DNA of 64,000 nucleotides from assembly GCA_000146045.2 (NCBI GenBank), contig BK006945.2, positions 960,001-1,024,000 on the forward strand. The letters are read 5' to 3'. Source of the stretch: TPA_inf: Saccharomyces (taxonomy: Eukaryota). A program made the translations under genes and the position numbers. Shown here piece after piece: positions 1 through 8,800 of this stretch. The stretch's first letter is position 1. The number at the start of each line of letters is the position of its first letter. Below the pieces are notes generated by a model. It made no database searches, was not told the DNA's origin, and saw only the letters and a program-made list of their open reading frames with translations.

Positions 1-2735
1 AAGAGAATATATCTAAGATAATTGACAACCCTGGCCCATTAATTCCAGATTCAGATTCGAAAGGTGCAATAAACAAAAGAAACATTTCAAACGGTAAGAG
101 AAGTATAAATAATTCTAGTTCGAGAAAATTCACAAAAACCACCATTTCTGAAGACACGCTCTCTGTCCTAAGGGAAGAGTACACAAAAAGGATCAAAAGT
201 TCTGAATACAAAAGTATGCAGTTAGTTAGAGAACAACTGCCTGCCTGGAAGAAGCAAAAGGTTATTATAGATATCATCAATAAAAACGAAGTTGTATTGA
301 TTACTGGTGAAACAGGTTCGGGTAAATCCACTCAGGTCGTTCAGTTTATACTAGATTTCTTACAGAAGGAAAAAGGAGATTTCGGTAAGACTAAAATCGT
401 ATGTACGCAACCCAGAAGAATCTCGGCTATTGGGCTTGCTGAACGTGTTTCTGATGAACGCTGTGTAACTTGTGGGGAAGAGGTAGGTTACGTAATAAGA
501 GGTGTCAATAAAACCAAAGCTTCCACACGTATCAAGTTCATGACCACAGGTGTTCTTGTTAGGTTGTTACAGAATGCTAGAACTATGTTAGAAAACACAA
601 TTGTTGTTATTGATGAAGTTCATGAACGTTCTATTGATACTGACTTGATAGTGACATTGATGAAAAATCTCTTACATAGAGTTCGCGGCATGAAAATTGT
701 TTTAATGAGTGCTACTGTTAACGTTGACTTGTTCAAAAAATTCTTTCCGGGGCTAGCAACATGTCACATAGAAGGACGCACTTTCCCCATCACTGATTAC
801 TTCTTGGAAGACATTCTTAGTGACCTTGACTTCAAGATCAAGAGAGAGAAGGCTTTGTCTTATGATGATGATAGCGTTGATGAAAGAAATAATGACGACC
901 AATATTTGAAGCCGAGAGCAGATTCTAAGTTTTTTACATCTGGGCAAATCAATTATGATTTGCTTTGTCAAGTGGTTGAATATGTACATAAACGCCTGAA
1001 AGCTGCTAATGACAACGGATCTATTATCGTTTTTTTGCCTGGTGTGGGAGAGATTAATAAGTGCTGCAATTTGCTAGCTAATAAATCAAATGAAGCAGAT
1101 TTTATGGTTCTACCCTTGCACTCCGCTCTAACTCCTGAAGACCAAAAAAGGGTGTTCAAAAAATATCATGGGAAAAGGAAAGTTGTTGTATCCACAAATA
1201 TTGCTGAAACATCTATTACTATAGATGACTGTGTTGCAACTATTGACACAGGCCGTGCCAAATCGATGTTCTATAATCCAAAGGATAATACTACAAAACT
1301 AATTGAGTCGTTTATTTCAAAAGCTGAAGTTAAACAACGTAGAGGTCGTGCTGGTAGAGTACGTGAAGGTTTATCTTACAAATTATTTTCTAAAAATTTA
1401 TACGAAAACGACATGATATCAATGCCAATTCCAGAAATCAAAAGAATCCCGTTGGAATCCCTTTATTTATCTGTTAAGGCTATGGGTATAAAGGACGTTA
1501 AAGCGTTTTTGAGCACAGCTTTGGATGCCCCTCCTTTACCAGCTCTGCAAAAGGCAGAAAGAATATTAACAACGATAGGACTTGTTGATGAGTCCGACAA
1601 GTCACTCACACAGCTAGGTCAATTTATTAGCCTGATGCCTGTCATGGATAGTAAGCATGGTAAATTACTAATATACGGCATTCTGTTTGGCTGTACGGAC
1701 ATTTCTGTTTTACTTGTCTCGATACTCGGTATTGGAGTTTTGCCTTTCATCGGAGGTTTTGAAAATAGGGAAAAGATAAAAAAACTGCTATGTAAATATG
1801 AAAGTCGTGGGGATTTATTTGCAGTATTGGAAATTGTCAGAGATTACTTCAAAATCAAAGATTCGAGCATCAAAAGGAAATATTTGAGAGACAATTTACT
1901 TTCCTATAATAAAATTAATGAAATTAAGTCATCAACAGCCCAATATTATTCTATTTTGAAAGATGTAGGCTTTCTACCAATGGACTATAAAGTTGGAAGC
2001 ATTTCTGATTTGAATAGGAACGAGCGAAATTTTGATATCCTAAGGGCCATTCTCACGGGTGCGTTTTATCCACACATAGCCAGGGTGCAACTACCAGATG
2101 TAAAGTATCTATCAACAAGTTCCGGTGCTGTTGAAAAAGATCCTGAAGCCAAAATGATCAAATACTGGATTCGAAGCGAAGAGTATCAGGACAAATTAGA
2201 AGAATATAAGACGAAAATTTCGCAAGAGACGCAAAAGGTTGATTTGGAAGATTTACCGTTACCTGCTACTAGGGCATTCATTCATCCAAGTTCAGTCTTA
2301 TTTTCAACCAATTCAGTAAACTTGGAAGACGCTAAGTTACTCTCTGAGGTGGATGGTCCAATATCCCGTCAATCCAAAATACCAACCGTTGTAAAATACC
2401 CATTTGTTTTGTTTACCACGTCTCAAGTTACTAATAAGTTGTATTTGAGGGACTTAACCCCAACTACTACATTATCATTACTATTATTCGGAGGGGCAAT
2501 CTCTTATGACATTGGAGGTACTATTCATTCACCGGGCATCGTTGTCGACAACTGGCTCCCAATTAGAACCTGGTGTAAGAATGGTGTTTTAATCAAGGAA
2601 CTGAGAACACAACTTGATGAGGCCATAAGGAAAAAGTTAGAAAGTCCCGATTATGCTAAAAAATCTCAAATTGATAATTCTGGTGCTGATAAAACTCTAA
2701 AAATTGTTGAAAAAATTATAGCTTCCGAACAATAG
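1..2735 (+). CDS. YLR419W: C-terminal ~911 codons of a large DEAH/DExH-box RNA helicase (5' end lies outside the window); consistent with YLR419W, the gene immediately upstream of URA4
   Basis: Frame 3 is open from nt 3 with no stop before the first Met at 216. The translation shows the Walker A motif GETGSGKST, a DEVHER (DEAH-type) box, a SAT motif and helicase C-terminal motifs (QRRGRAGR). Stop at 2733-2735. Confidence 0.7.
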   Translation, partial: ENISKIIDNPGPLIPDSDSKGAINKRNISNGKRSINNSSSRKFTKTTISEDTLSVLREEYTKRIKSSEYKSMQLVREQLPAWKKQKVIIDIINKNEVVLITGETGSGKSTQVVQFILDFLQKEKGDFGKTKIVCTQPRRISAIGLAERVSDERCVTCGEEVGYVIRGVNKTKASTRIKFMTTGVLVRLLQNARTMLENTIVVIDEVHERSIDTDLIVTLMKNLLHRVRGMKIVLMSATVNVDLFKKFFPGLATCHIEGRTFPITDYFLEDILSDLDFKIKREKALSYDDDSVDERNNDDQYLKPRADSKFFTSGQINYDLLCQVVEYVHKRLKAANDNGSIIVFLPGVGEINKCCNLLANKSNEADFMVLPLHSALTPEDQKRVFKKYHGKRKVVVSTNIAETSITIDDCVATIDTGRAKSMFYNPKDNTTKLIESFISKAEVKQRRGRAGRVREGLSYKLFSKNLYENDMISMPIPEIKRIPLESLYLSVKAMGIKDVKAFLSTALDAPPLPALQKAERILTTIGLVDESDKSLTQLGQFISLMPVMDSKHGKLLIYGILFGCTDISVLLVSILGIGVLPFIGGFENREKIKKLLCKYESRGDLFAVLEIVRDYFKIKDSSIKRKYLRDNLLSYNKINEIKSSTAQYYSILKDVGFLPMDYKVGSISDLNRNERNFDILRAILTGAFYPHIARVQLPDVKYLSTSSGAVEKDPEAKMIKYWIRSEEYQDKLEEYKTKISQETQKVDLEDLPLPATRAFIHPSSVLFSTNSVNLEDAKLLSEVDGPISRQSKIPTVVKYPFVLFTTSQVTNKLYLRDLTPTTTLSLLLFGGAISYDIGGTIHSPGIVVDNWLPIRTWCKNGVLIKELRTQLDEAIRKKLESPDYAKKSQIDNSGADKTLKIVEKIIASEQ

Positions 2736-2954
2736 TAATCAGTTCCTACTGTAGTCCCTGTATAATAATTATCATCTTCATTTTCGAAAAGGAATTTTTT
2801 TAACATATAGAAGTGTCAAAGTATAAAACACTAACAAAAATCTAAGAGATTATTGCGACTGCGTGTTTTTCTCTTTGCTGAATCAGGGCTAGAATCCCGT
2901 AAACTACATAGCACATTGTCTTTGCCATATTTTAAAAATTTTGTGGCGCCGTCA

Positions 2955-2969
2955 AAATAAAAAAAAAAT
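2955..2969 (-). terminator. Pol III oligo(dT) terminator immediately downstream of tRNA-Leu on the minus strand
   Basis: An A-run, aaaataaaaaaaaaata, on the plus strand reads as T9-T4 on the minus strand directly 3' of the tRNA. Confidence 0.7.
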
Positions 2970-2971
2970 AC

Positions 2972-3055
2972 TGAAGGATGCGAGGTTCGAACTCGCGCGG
3001 ACAACCGTCCAACAGATCTTAAGTCTGCCGCCTTAGACCACTCGGCCAACCCTCC
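2972..3055 (-). tRNA. tL(UAA): tRNA-Leu, anticodon UAA, 84 nt with a long variable arm, no intron
   Basis: The reverse complement reads GGAGGGTTGGCCGAGTGGTCTAAGGCGGCAGACTTAAGATCTGTTGGACGGTTGTCCGCGCGAGTTCGAACCTCGCATCCTTCA. It has an A box (TGGCCGAGTGG), a B box (GGTTCGAACC) and the anticodon loop CTTAAGA, giving anticodon UAA. Confidence 0.9.
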
Positions 3056-3182
3056 GTCGATAATACAACAACAAGGAAATACAGGATACGAACACCATCC
3101 AGTTTAACTTGATTAATCTTTACGCATGCATATTGCTACATCTTTTTTATTCTGCAATATACATCTGTTTATATCTCATTAA

Positions 3183-3546
3183 TGTTGGTAAGCCTCTGAA
3201 AAATTTATCAAATACTAGTACAATTGTTTACCAACATCATTTTCGTTGCTAGAAAATTACTATACACCGTTAAGAAAAGACATAAATCATGAGACTAATA
3301 GAACAACACTAGGGATTAGCCAATTTAATGGGAGCTGAAATGCAGGGATTAATTATGCAATTACAAAATGAATGGTATCGTTTGAAATGAAAGAAGAAAC
3401 ACTAATATTATAACATAGAAATATCGATTTCTTCCTGCGAATTCCCATGTCCTCGTTGAGAACTTCTAATATGTTTTGTATGCCTAATATTATAGCTTTA
3501 CAAAAAAATAGAATCTCAACAATTATCCCACAATTCACTCATGTCA
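3183..3546 (+). repeat. Degenerate solo Ty LTR (delta/tau-like), about 130 bp upstream of tRNA-Leu
   Basis: It starts TGTTGG and ends ...CACTCATGTCA. Internal blocks are alignable to the Ty1/Ty2 delta: GGGAGCTGAAATGCAGGGATTAATTATGCAATTA vs GGAAGCTGAAACGCAAGGATTGATAATGTAATA, and TCCTCGTTGAGAACTTCTAATATGTTTTGTATGCCTAATATTATAGCTTTA vs TCCTCGAGGAGAACTTCTAGTATATCTACATACCTAATATTATAGCCTTAA. It is heavily diverged, so it is an old insertion. Confidence 0.6.
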
Positions 3547-3653
3547 TGCTGCCTCTCGCGTATTTTTTCTTGAAACCGATGCTAGTTTAGTTGTCTTTCG
3601 GCATCAGCTCTAATTTTTTCAAGAATAGTATCTACAGAGTCAAATTTCATCAT

Positions 3654-3667
3654 TCGGAGAATTCCGA
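3654..3667. promoter_or_regulatory. Perfect palindrome TCGGAGAATTCCGA (CGG-N6-CCG). This is a Zn2Cys6 Ppr1-type UAS about 120 bp upstream of the URA4 ATG, with a TATA box (TATATAAG) about 25 bp further downstream
   Basis: The sequence reads cattCGGagaattCCGatg. Ppr1 recognises CGG-N6-CCG, and URA4 is a known Ppr1-regulated pyrimidine gene. An overlapping everted repeat CCGATGAATCGG follows. Confidence 0.6.
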
Positions 3668-3784
3668 TGAATCGGCATCGTCAGAGAAGCTATATAAGAA
3701 GAGATAAACACATTTGAAAGATAGGATATACTTTGAAAGTGTTCTGGTGACCACTATATCACTTAAGTAATACCTAACAAAGCA

Positions 3785-4879
3785 ATGGTACAAGAAATCG
3801 ATTTAGGTTTGACATGTGATATGCATGTTCATGTAAGAGAGGGTGCGATGTGTGAACTAGTCACCCCCAAGATTAGAGATGGTGGGGTTTCAATTGCTTA
3901 CATCATGCCAAATTTACAACCTCCAATTACCACACTAGATAGAGTGATTGAATACAAAAAGACACTGCAGAAACTAGCTCCTAAAACTACCTTCTTAATG
4001 AGTTTTTATCTTTCAAAAGACTTAACTCCAGATTTAATTCATGAAGCTGCCCAACAACATGCCATTCGTGGAGTAAAGTGTTATCCAGCGGGAGTAACAA
4101 CAAATTCGGCTGCTGGGGTGGATCCAAATGACTTCAGCGCATTTTACCCAATTTTCAAGGCTATGCAAGAAGAGAACCTGGTATTAAATTTGCATGGGGA
4201 AAAACCTTCTGTCCATGATGGAGACAAAGAACCTATTCATGTATTGAATGCAGAGGAAGCCTTTTTGCCAGCCTTGAAAAAATTGCATAATGATTTCCCA
4301 AACCTGAAAATAATTCTGGAACACTGCACTAGCGAGTCGGCAATAAAGACAATCGAGGATATAAATAAGAACGTGAAGAAAGCCACTGACGTAAAGGTTG
4401 CTGCCACATTAACGGCTCATCACTTATTTTTAACAATTGATGATTGGGCCGGAAATCCGGTAAATTTTTGCAAACCTGTTGCGAAACTTCCAAATGACAA
4501 AAAGGCTCTAGTCAAAGCTGCTGTATCAGGGAAACCATATTTTTTCTTTGGATCTGATTCAGCACCTCATCCTGTACAAAATAAGGCCAATTACGAGGGT
4601 GTTTGCGCAGGAGTTTACTCACAATCTTTTGCGATCCCTTATATCGCCCAAGTTTTTGAAGAGCAAAATGCCTTGGAGAACTTAAAGGGCTTTGTTTCCG
4701 ACTTCGGAATTTCCTTTTATGAGGTTAAAGATAGCGAAGTGGCTTCTTCAGATAAGGCAATATTATTCAAAAAAGAACAAGTTATCCCTCAGGTTATCAG
4801 CGATGGCAAAGACATAAGCATCATCCCATTTAAAGCAGGTGATAAACTAAGTTGGTCGGTGAGATGGGAACCTCGTTAA
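3785..4879 (+). CDS. URA4: Dihydroorotase (pyrimidine biosynthesis), 364 aa
   Basis: The N-terminus MVQEIDLGLTCDMHVHVREG carries the metal-binding HxH motif of amidohydrolases. The length matches URA4 (YLR420W). Confidence 0.9.
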   Translation: MVQEIDLGLTCDMHVHVREGAMCELVTPKIRDGGVSIAYIMPNLQPPITTLDRVIEYKKTLQKLAPKTTFLMSFYLSKDLTPDLIHEAAQQHAIRGVKCYPAGVTTNSAAGVDPNDFSAFYPIFKAMQEENLVLNLHGEKPSVHDGDKEPIHVLNAEEAFLPALKKLHNDFPNLKIILEHCTSESAIKTIEDINKNVKKATDVKVAATLTAHHLFLTIDDWAGNPVNFCKPVAKLPNDKKALVKAAVSGKPYFFFGSDSAPHPVQNKANYEGVCAGVYSQSFAIPYIAQVFEEQNALENLKGFVSDFGISFYEVKDSEVASSDKAILFKKEQVIPQVISDGKDISIIPFKAGDKLSWSVRWEPR

Positions 4880-5089
4880 TATGCAACAATATGTAGGCTC
4901 ATTTGAGAGTATAGACCATATATACATATTTATGGGAAAAATAAACTTACCTTCCAATAGAAGTTATAGATGCCATCATCATGCCTATTGTTATGGTCCG
5001 TATCTCTTTACAGAAGTTCACAGCCAAATGCGTTGATATGGTATATTTTTTCTCTTCAGTTTTTTATCAAAAAATGCCACAACCTTGAT

Positions 5090-5566
5090 TTAATCTTGCA
5101 TACTAACATCCACATCTTGAGCTTTTTGCTTTTCGTCATTGCTTTCTTCCTCATCACTTTCACTACTATTATTCAGCACTCCAATCATCTTATTGTAAAT
5201 TTCTTTATCTTTCGCACTCAATTCATTTAAGGGCAAATTACCTGAGTTCTTCTCTTGCAGCCAAAAGAAGTACCTTTCGTTGGATGAAAAAACTAAAGCA
5301 AATATTCTGCCACTTTTACTGGATTTTATTGGAACCCACATGGTCTCTCCAGGAATTAAAATCAAAGAAATAGGATCAAGTTCCCTCCCGACCGGCTTTT
5401 CCGTTGGACGCCACTCGAAATCCCAAAATCCCAATTCTTCCTCTTCATTTGGTTTGATCTCGATTTCACCCTGAACTGGAATTGGCGTACATAGACGTGA
5501 ATCTTCGTTGTATTCACAAACACCAGCCCTGAATTTAATTACAGTTGAACTCATACTCATCAACAC
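5090..5566 (-). CDS. RPN13: Proteasome regulatory-particle ubiquitin receptor (Pru domain), 158-aa ORF
   Basis: The translation MLMSMSSTVIKFRAGVCEYNE... and its acidic C-terminus match yeast Rpn13 (YLR421C). Confidence 0.8.
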   Translation of the reverse strand: MLMSMSSTVIKFRAGVCEYNEDSRLCTPIPVQGEIEIKPNEEEELGFWDFEWRPTEKPVGRELDPISLILIPGETMWVPIKSSKSGRIFALVFSSNERYFFWLQEKNSGNLPLNELSAKDKEIYNKMIGVLNNSSESDEEESNDEKQKAQDVDVSMQD

Positions 5567-5664
5567 TCTTTTAAAATTTATAAGTCAACCAGCACTTAGG
5601 TAGTTTTCTGGCACCCTTATAGAACCTAATCTACTGGTCATAGTAGAGTATTTAGTAGCAAAGC

Positions 5665-5674
5665 TTTCGCCACC
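5665..5674. promoter_or_regulatory. PACE-like motif (TTTCGCCACC, a one-base variant of TTTGCCACC / GGTGGCAAA) about 100 bp upstream of RPN13. Candidate Rpn4 site
   Basis: The plus strand reads agctTTCGCCACCtcg. Proteasome subunit genes typically carry PACE elements. Confidence 0.35.
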
Positions 5675-5896
5675 TCGCGAATAATATATCACGAAATACG
5701 GAGGAATTTTAACTGAAATATATCAATAACGCATATCAAGGAGGGGATGACTTGATGAGTTGAAAATAATATAAATGGTTCAAGCAACCGTTTGTACACC
5801 ACTCAGTCAATTATTGCTTCAATTGAAATTATAGAGGACCGAAGATTAGTCATATAAAACAGGGGTCTTTTTTTCTTTAGGGAGATTACTATTACA

Positions 5897-8800
5897 ATGT
5901 CGCAACAGGATTCACAGCGCTGGCTGCCCACGGATCGGCTAATATATGGTGTGCTAGTCAAATCTTTCCTTCCCTTACAAAGGTATCCTGAGCTGGTATA
6001 TGAAAACAGCAATTATGCGAACGTTTATGTGGGTGCAGAAGTTTACGTCTTCGAAGAATCTGTGGATAAGAAATGGTGTAGAGCGTACCAATGTTTACGA
6101 CCCTTTCCTGAAGAATTCATATCGAATATGAACTCGGCGAATGATGTACTGCCAGACGTGAAACCGAAAGTAGTGATATTTCCTAGAAAATATGTTCATT
6201 TTGAAGCAGAAAAAGCCGTCAGCACAATGCCATTTTTCAAAGCACCTAGTGCTGAGGATTTTAAACCATTGATAAGTAAAGAATGTGAGTCCCGCTCCTT
6301 TTGTGACAGCCTATATGTTAGCTCTACTGATGATATATCAACTGGTAAACCAAGAAAGACACCGAGACCTCCGTTCCCCTTTTTCAGATACCAAAAGAGG
6401 TCCTTTAAGGACGAAATGGGTCCTATATTATCTCTTATTTCCTCGCATGTTTACTCTATGTATTCAATTGGCGAGTTTTCTATATATAGGAAAATGATAA
6501 AACTTTATTATGATTTGGACACTATACGATTTAGATTGTCTATGAATTTAACCACAGAGGCTGAGAAAATAAATCTGATAAGAGCAGCAACATCCCTAAG
6601 AACTAAAATCGCAAAATTTTTGTCCTCCACATACAGGAAGAATAAACTAATTGCTAACTCTACTCCAAGAAACCCAGATCCTTATGGTTTCGAAGGAATT
6701 TTTGCCAGGGATATTGATACTGGCGAATTGCTCTCATACGAGATCGACAAATTAAGAACTTTAGTGTCATCGTCAATGCTTTGTGGTTTAACTAATAATT
6801 TTCCTACTGTACCTGTGGTAGAGTCCGATGATGAGTCCTCATCTAACGGACTATTCGGCACAGTTAGATCGAGCATTTTGGTTAACTTGAAAGATCTGGC
6901 ATGGGATCCCTCTATATCAGATCCTAAATATCAAGATCTTTCTATTTGTGTATACTTGAGAACCAAAGACGAAGTTTTAACAGAGTCTTTTACCATGACG
7001 AAGTCGTCCAATATGGAATCAGCTCTAGATGAAATTCCTGCAATGTTATTCAAGAATATTTTGGAAACGATAGTCCATAAAAATAAAGTATACTTAGTAG
7101 TAGTGCTGAAGGAAACAATAGCAATTACAACAGAAACTGCTCCGGAAATTTCATCTTACAATATATCTACCGAAGAGTCAAGTTCACATTCCCCATTTTC
7201 TCCATTTAATTCATCGACTGAGAATAAGATTGACCACGTAAAAAAGGGCTTAGCTGCCGGAGTTATTAACATATCTCCGGTATTCAAGTTTTATAACGGC
7301 CTATCAGTTGCGAATAAAGCTCAGAGGTTTAACCTTTATCTTTATAGCTCCGATTCCTCGGATTCGCAAAACTTCAACTCTTCAAAGGATGCGGATTTAG
7401 GTTGGGGCGGGTTAATAAATAAGATAATAAAAGATTCTTCTGAAGGCGTTTCTGTGAACCCTAGGGCTGTTTCTTTATCGGTAACTGTAAAGGAAATTAT
7501 AGGCAAACAAGAGGCGGAAAAAGTGCTCTCCACATCTTTAGTACCGATAAGATCTATTCCCACATACTTTTATGATACCATGTTTAGCCAAGCAGAAAGA
7601 ATTTATCTGAACTTAGGTAGGGTGTCGCTTTATGGACTTCCTGCAGCTGATACAAATATAGAAAATGTTACCGTTCAAATATCCTGCAGGAATAAGGCCG
7701 TAAAATTTTGCAAAAATAAGCTCGAAGAGAGATCTGGGGACTGGAAGTTTGTTTCAGTTCGTCCAAATGAGAGCATAGGCGAATCGATTAGAATAGAAGG
7801 GGTAGAGAACATGAACGAAGACGAGACATTAAGAGTATTGGTATATTTGAATGGATTTTTGATGGCAAAATCAAATATACATATCAAGAAAAAGAACGAA
7901 ATCATAGAATATAGAAAGGGTACCGTATTCCAAATAATGTCATCCAAATCAGTACCTCTAATTCATTTAGAGCTTGAAGCATCATATTTTGGTCGGAGAT
8001 ATAATATCAACCCTGCCATTACAAATTTCTTAGTTCTTCAAACCAAAAATGTTGAATTCGACCAGCAACTTAAAGAGCACTATTCAGTTACATTGAAGCA
8101 GCTGAATAACGTTTCTTTTAAAGATTTACTAAAGCATTTTGACACAATTTTAGCACACTATTTGTTACTTCTTGAATCGGTGAATGAAGCTACTGATAAA
8201 AAAGGCCCTTCTTCAAGTTTACCCAATATTGTATTCAGTGAATTCGTCAAGTTTTTAAATTTAATGTTAACACACCAAGAAAACTCTAGATATTGGTTTA
8301 ATAGACTGTACAAAAAAGTCATGTCAAAGGAACTAGAATGTCCCAATGTTGCACCGATACTAATAAAACATATGACAACGATCTTTGATAGGAGTCATTC
8401 TTCTTGGACTAGAACAGGAACTGCAATCTGCCGAACCATCCTGTACATAATTGTGTTGGCAATCGGTTCGTCTCATTCTGATGAAATGCCTAATTTCAGT
8501 CATTTTTTCAGAAGCTTGCACAAATTTTTAATGCTTGCTGATGAGCCAATAATGGCGGATCAAATTTTGTTAATAGAAAGTATTCCCTCTATGCTGGAGA
8601 CAATGACCAATCACTGTAAGGTGGAAGACTTAGTTCGTTTTGCGATCGGACTGTTTGAATGTTGCCAGGAAAAAGAAATGAATCAAAAAATGTACTCCAG
8701 GCCACTCTCAGTTCGAGAAGAAGAATATTTGAATACAAAGTTTAATTGCCTGTTGAAGTTAATTAACAAGAAGGTTTTGCAAAATTATTTAACCAATACG

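Noticed and set aside
4970-5230. 86-aa plus-strand ORF overlapping the RPN13 3' end
   Set aside because: It is the antisense frame of RPN13 and its 3' UTR, and it reads as a hydrophobic, low-complexity translation.
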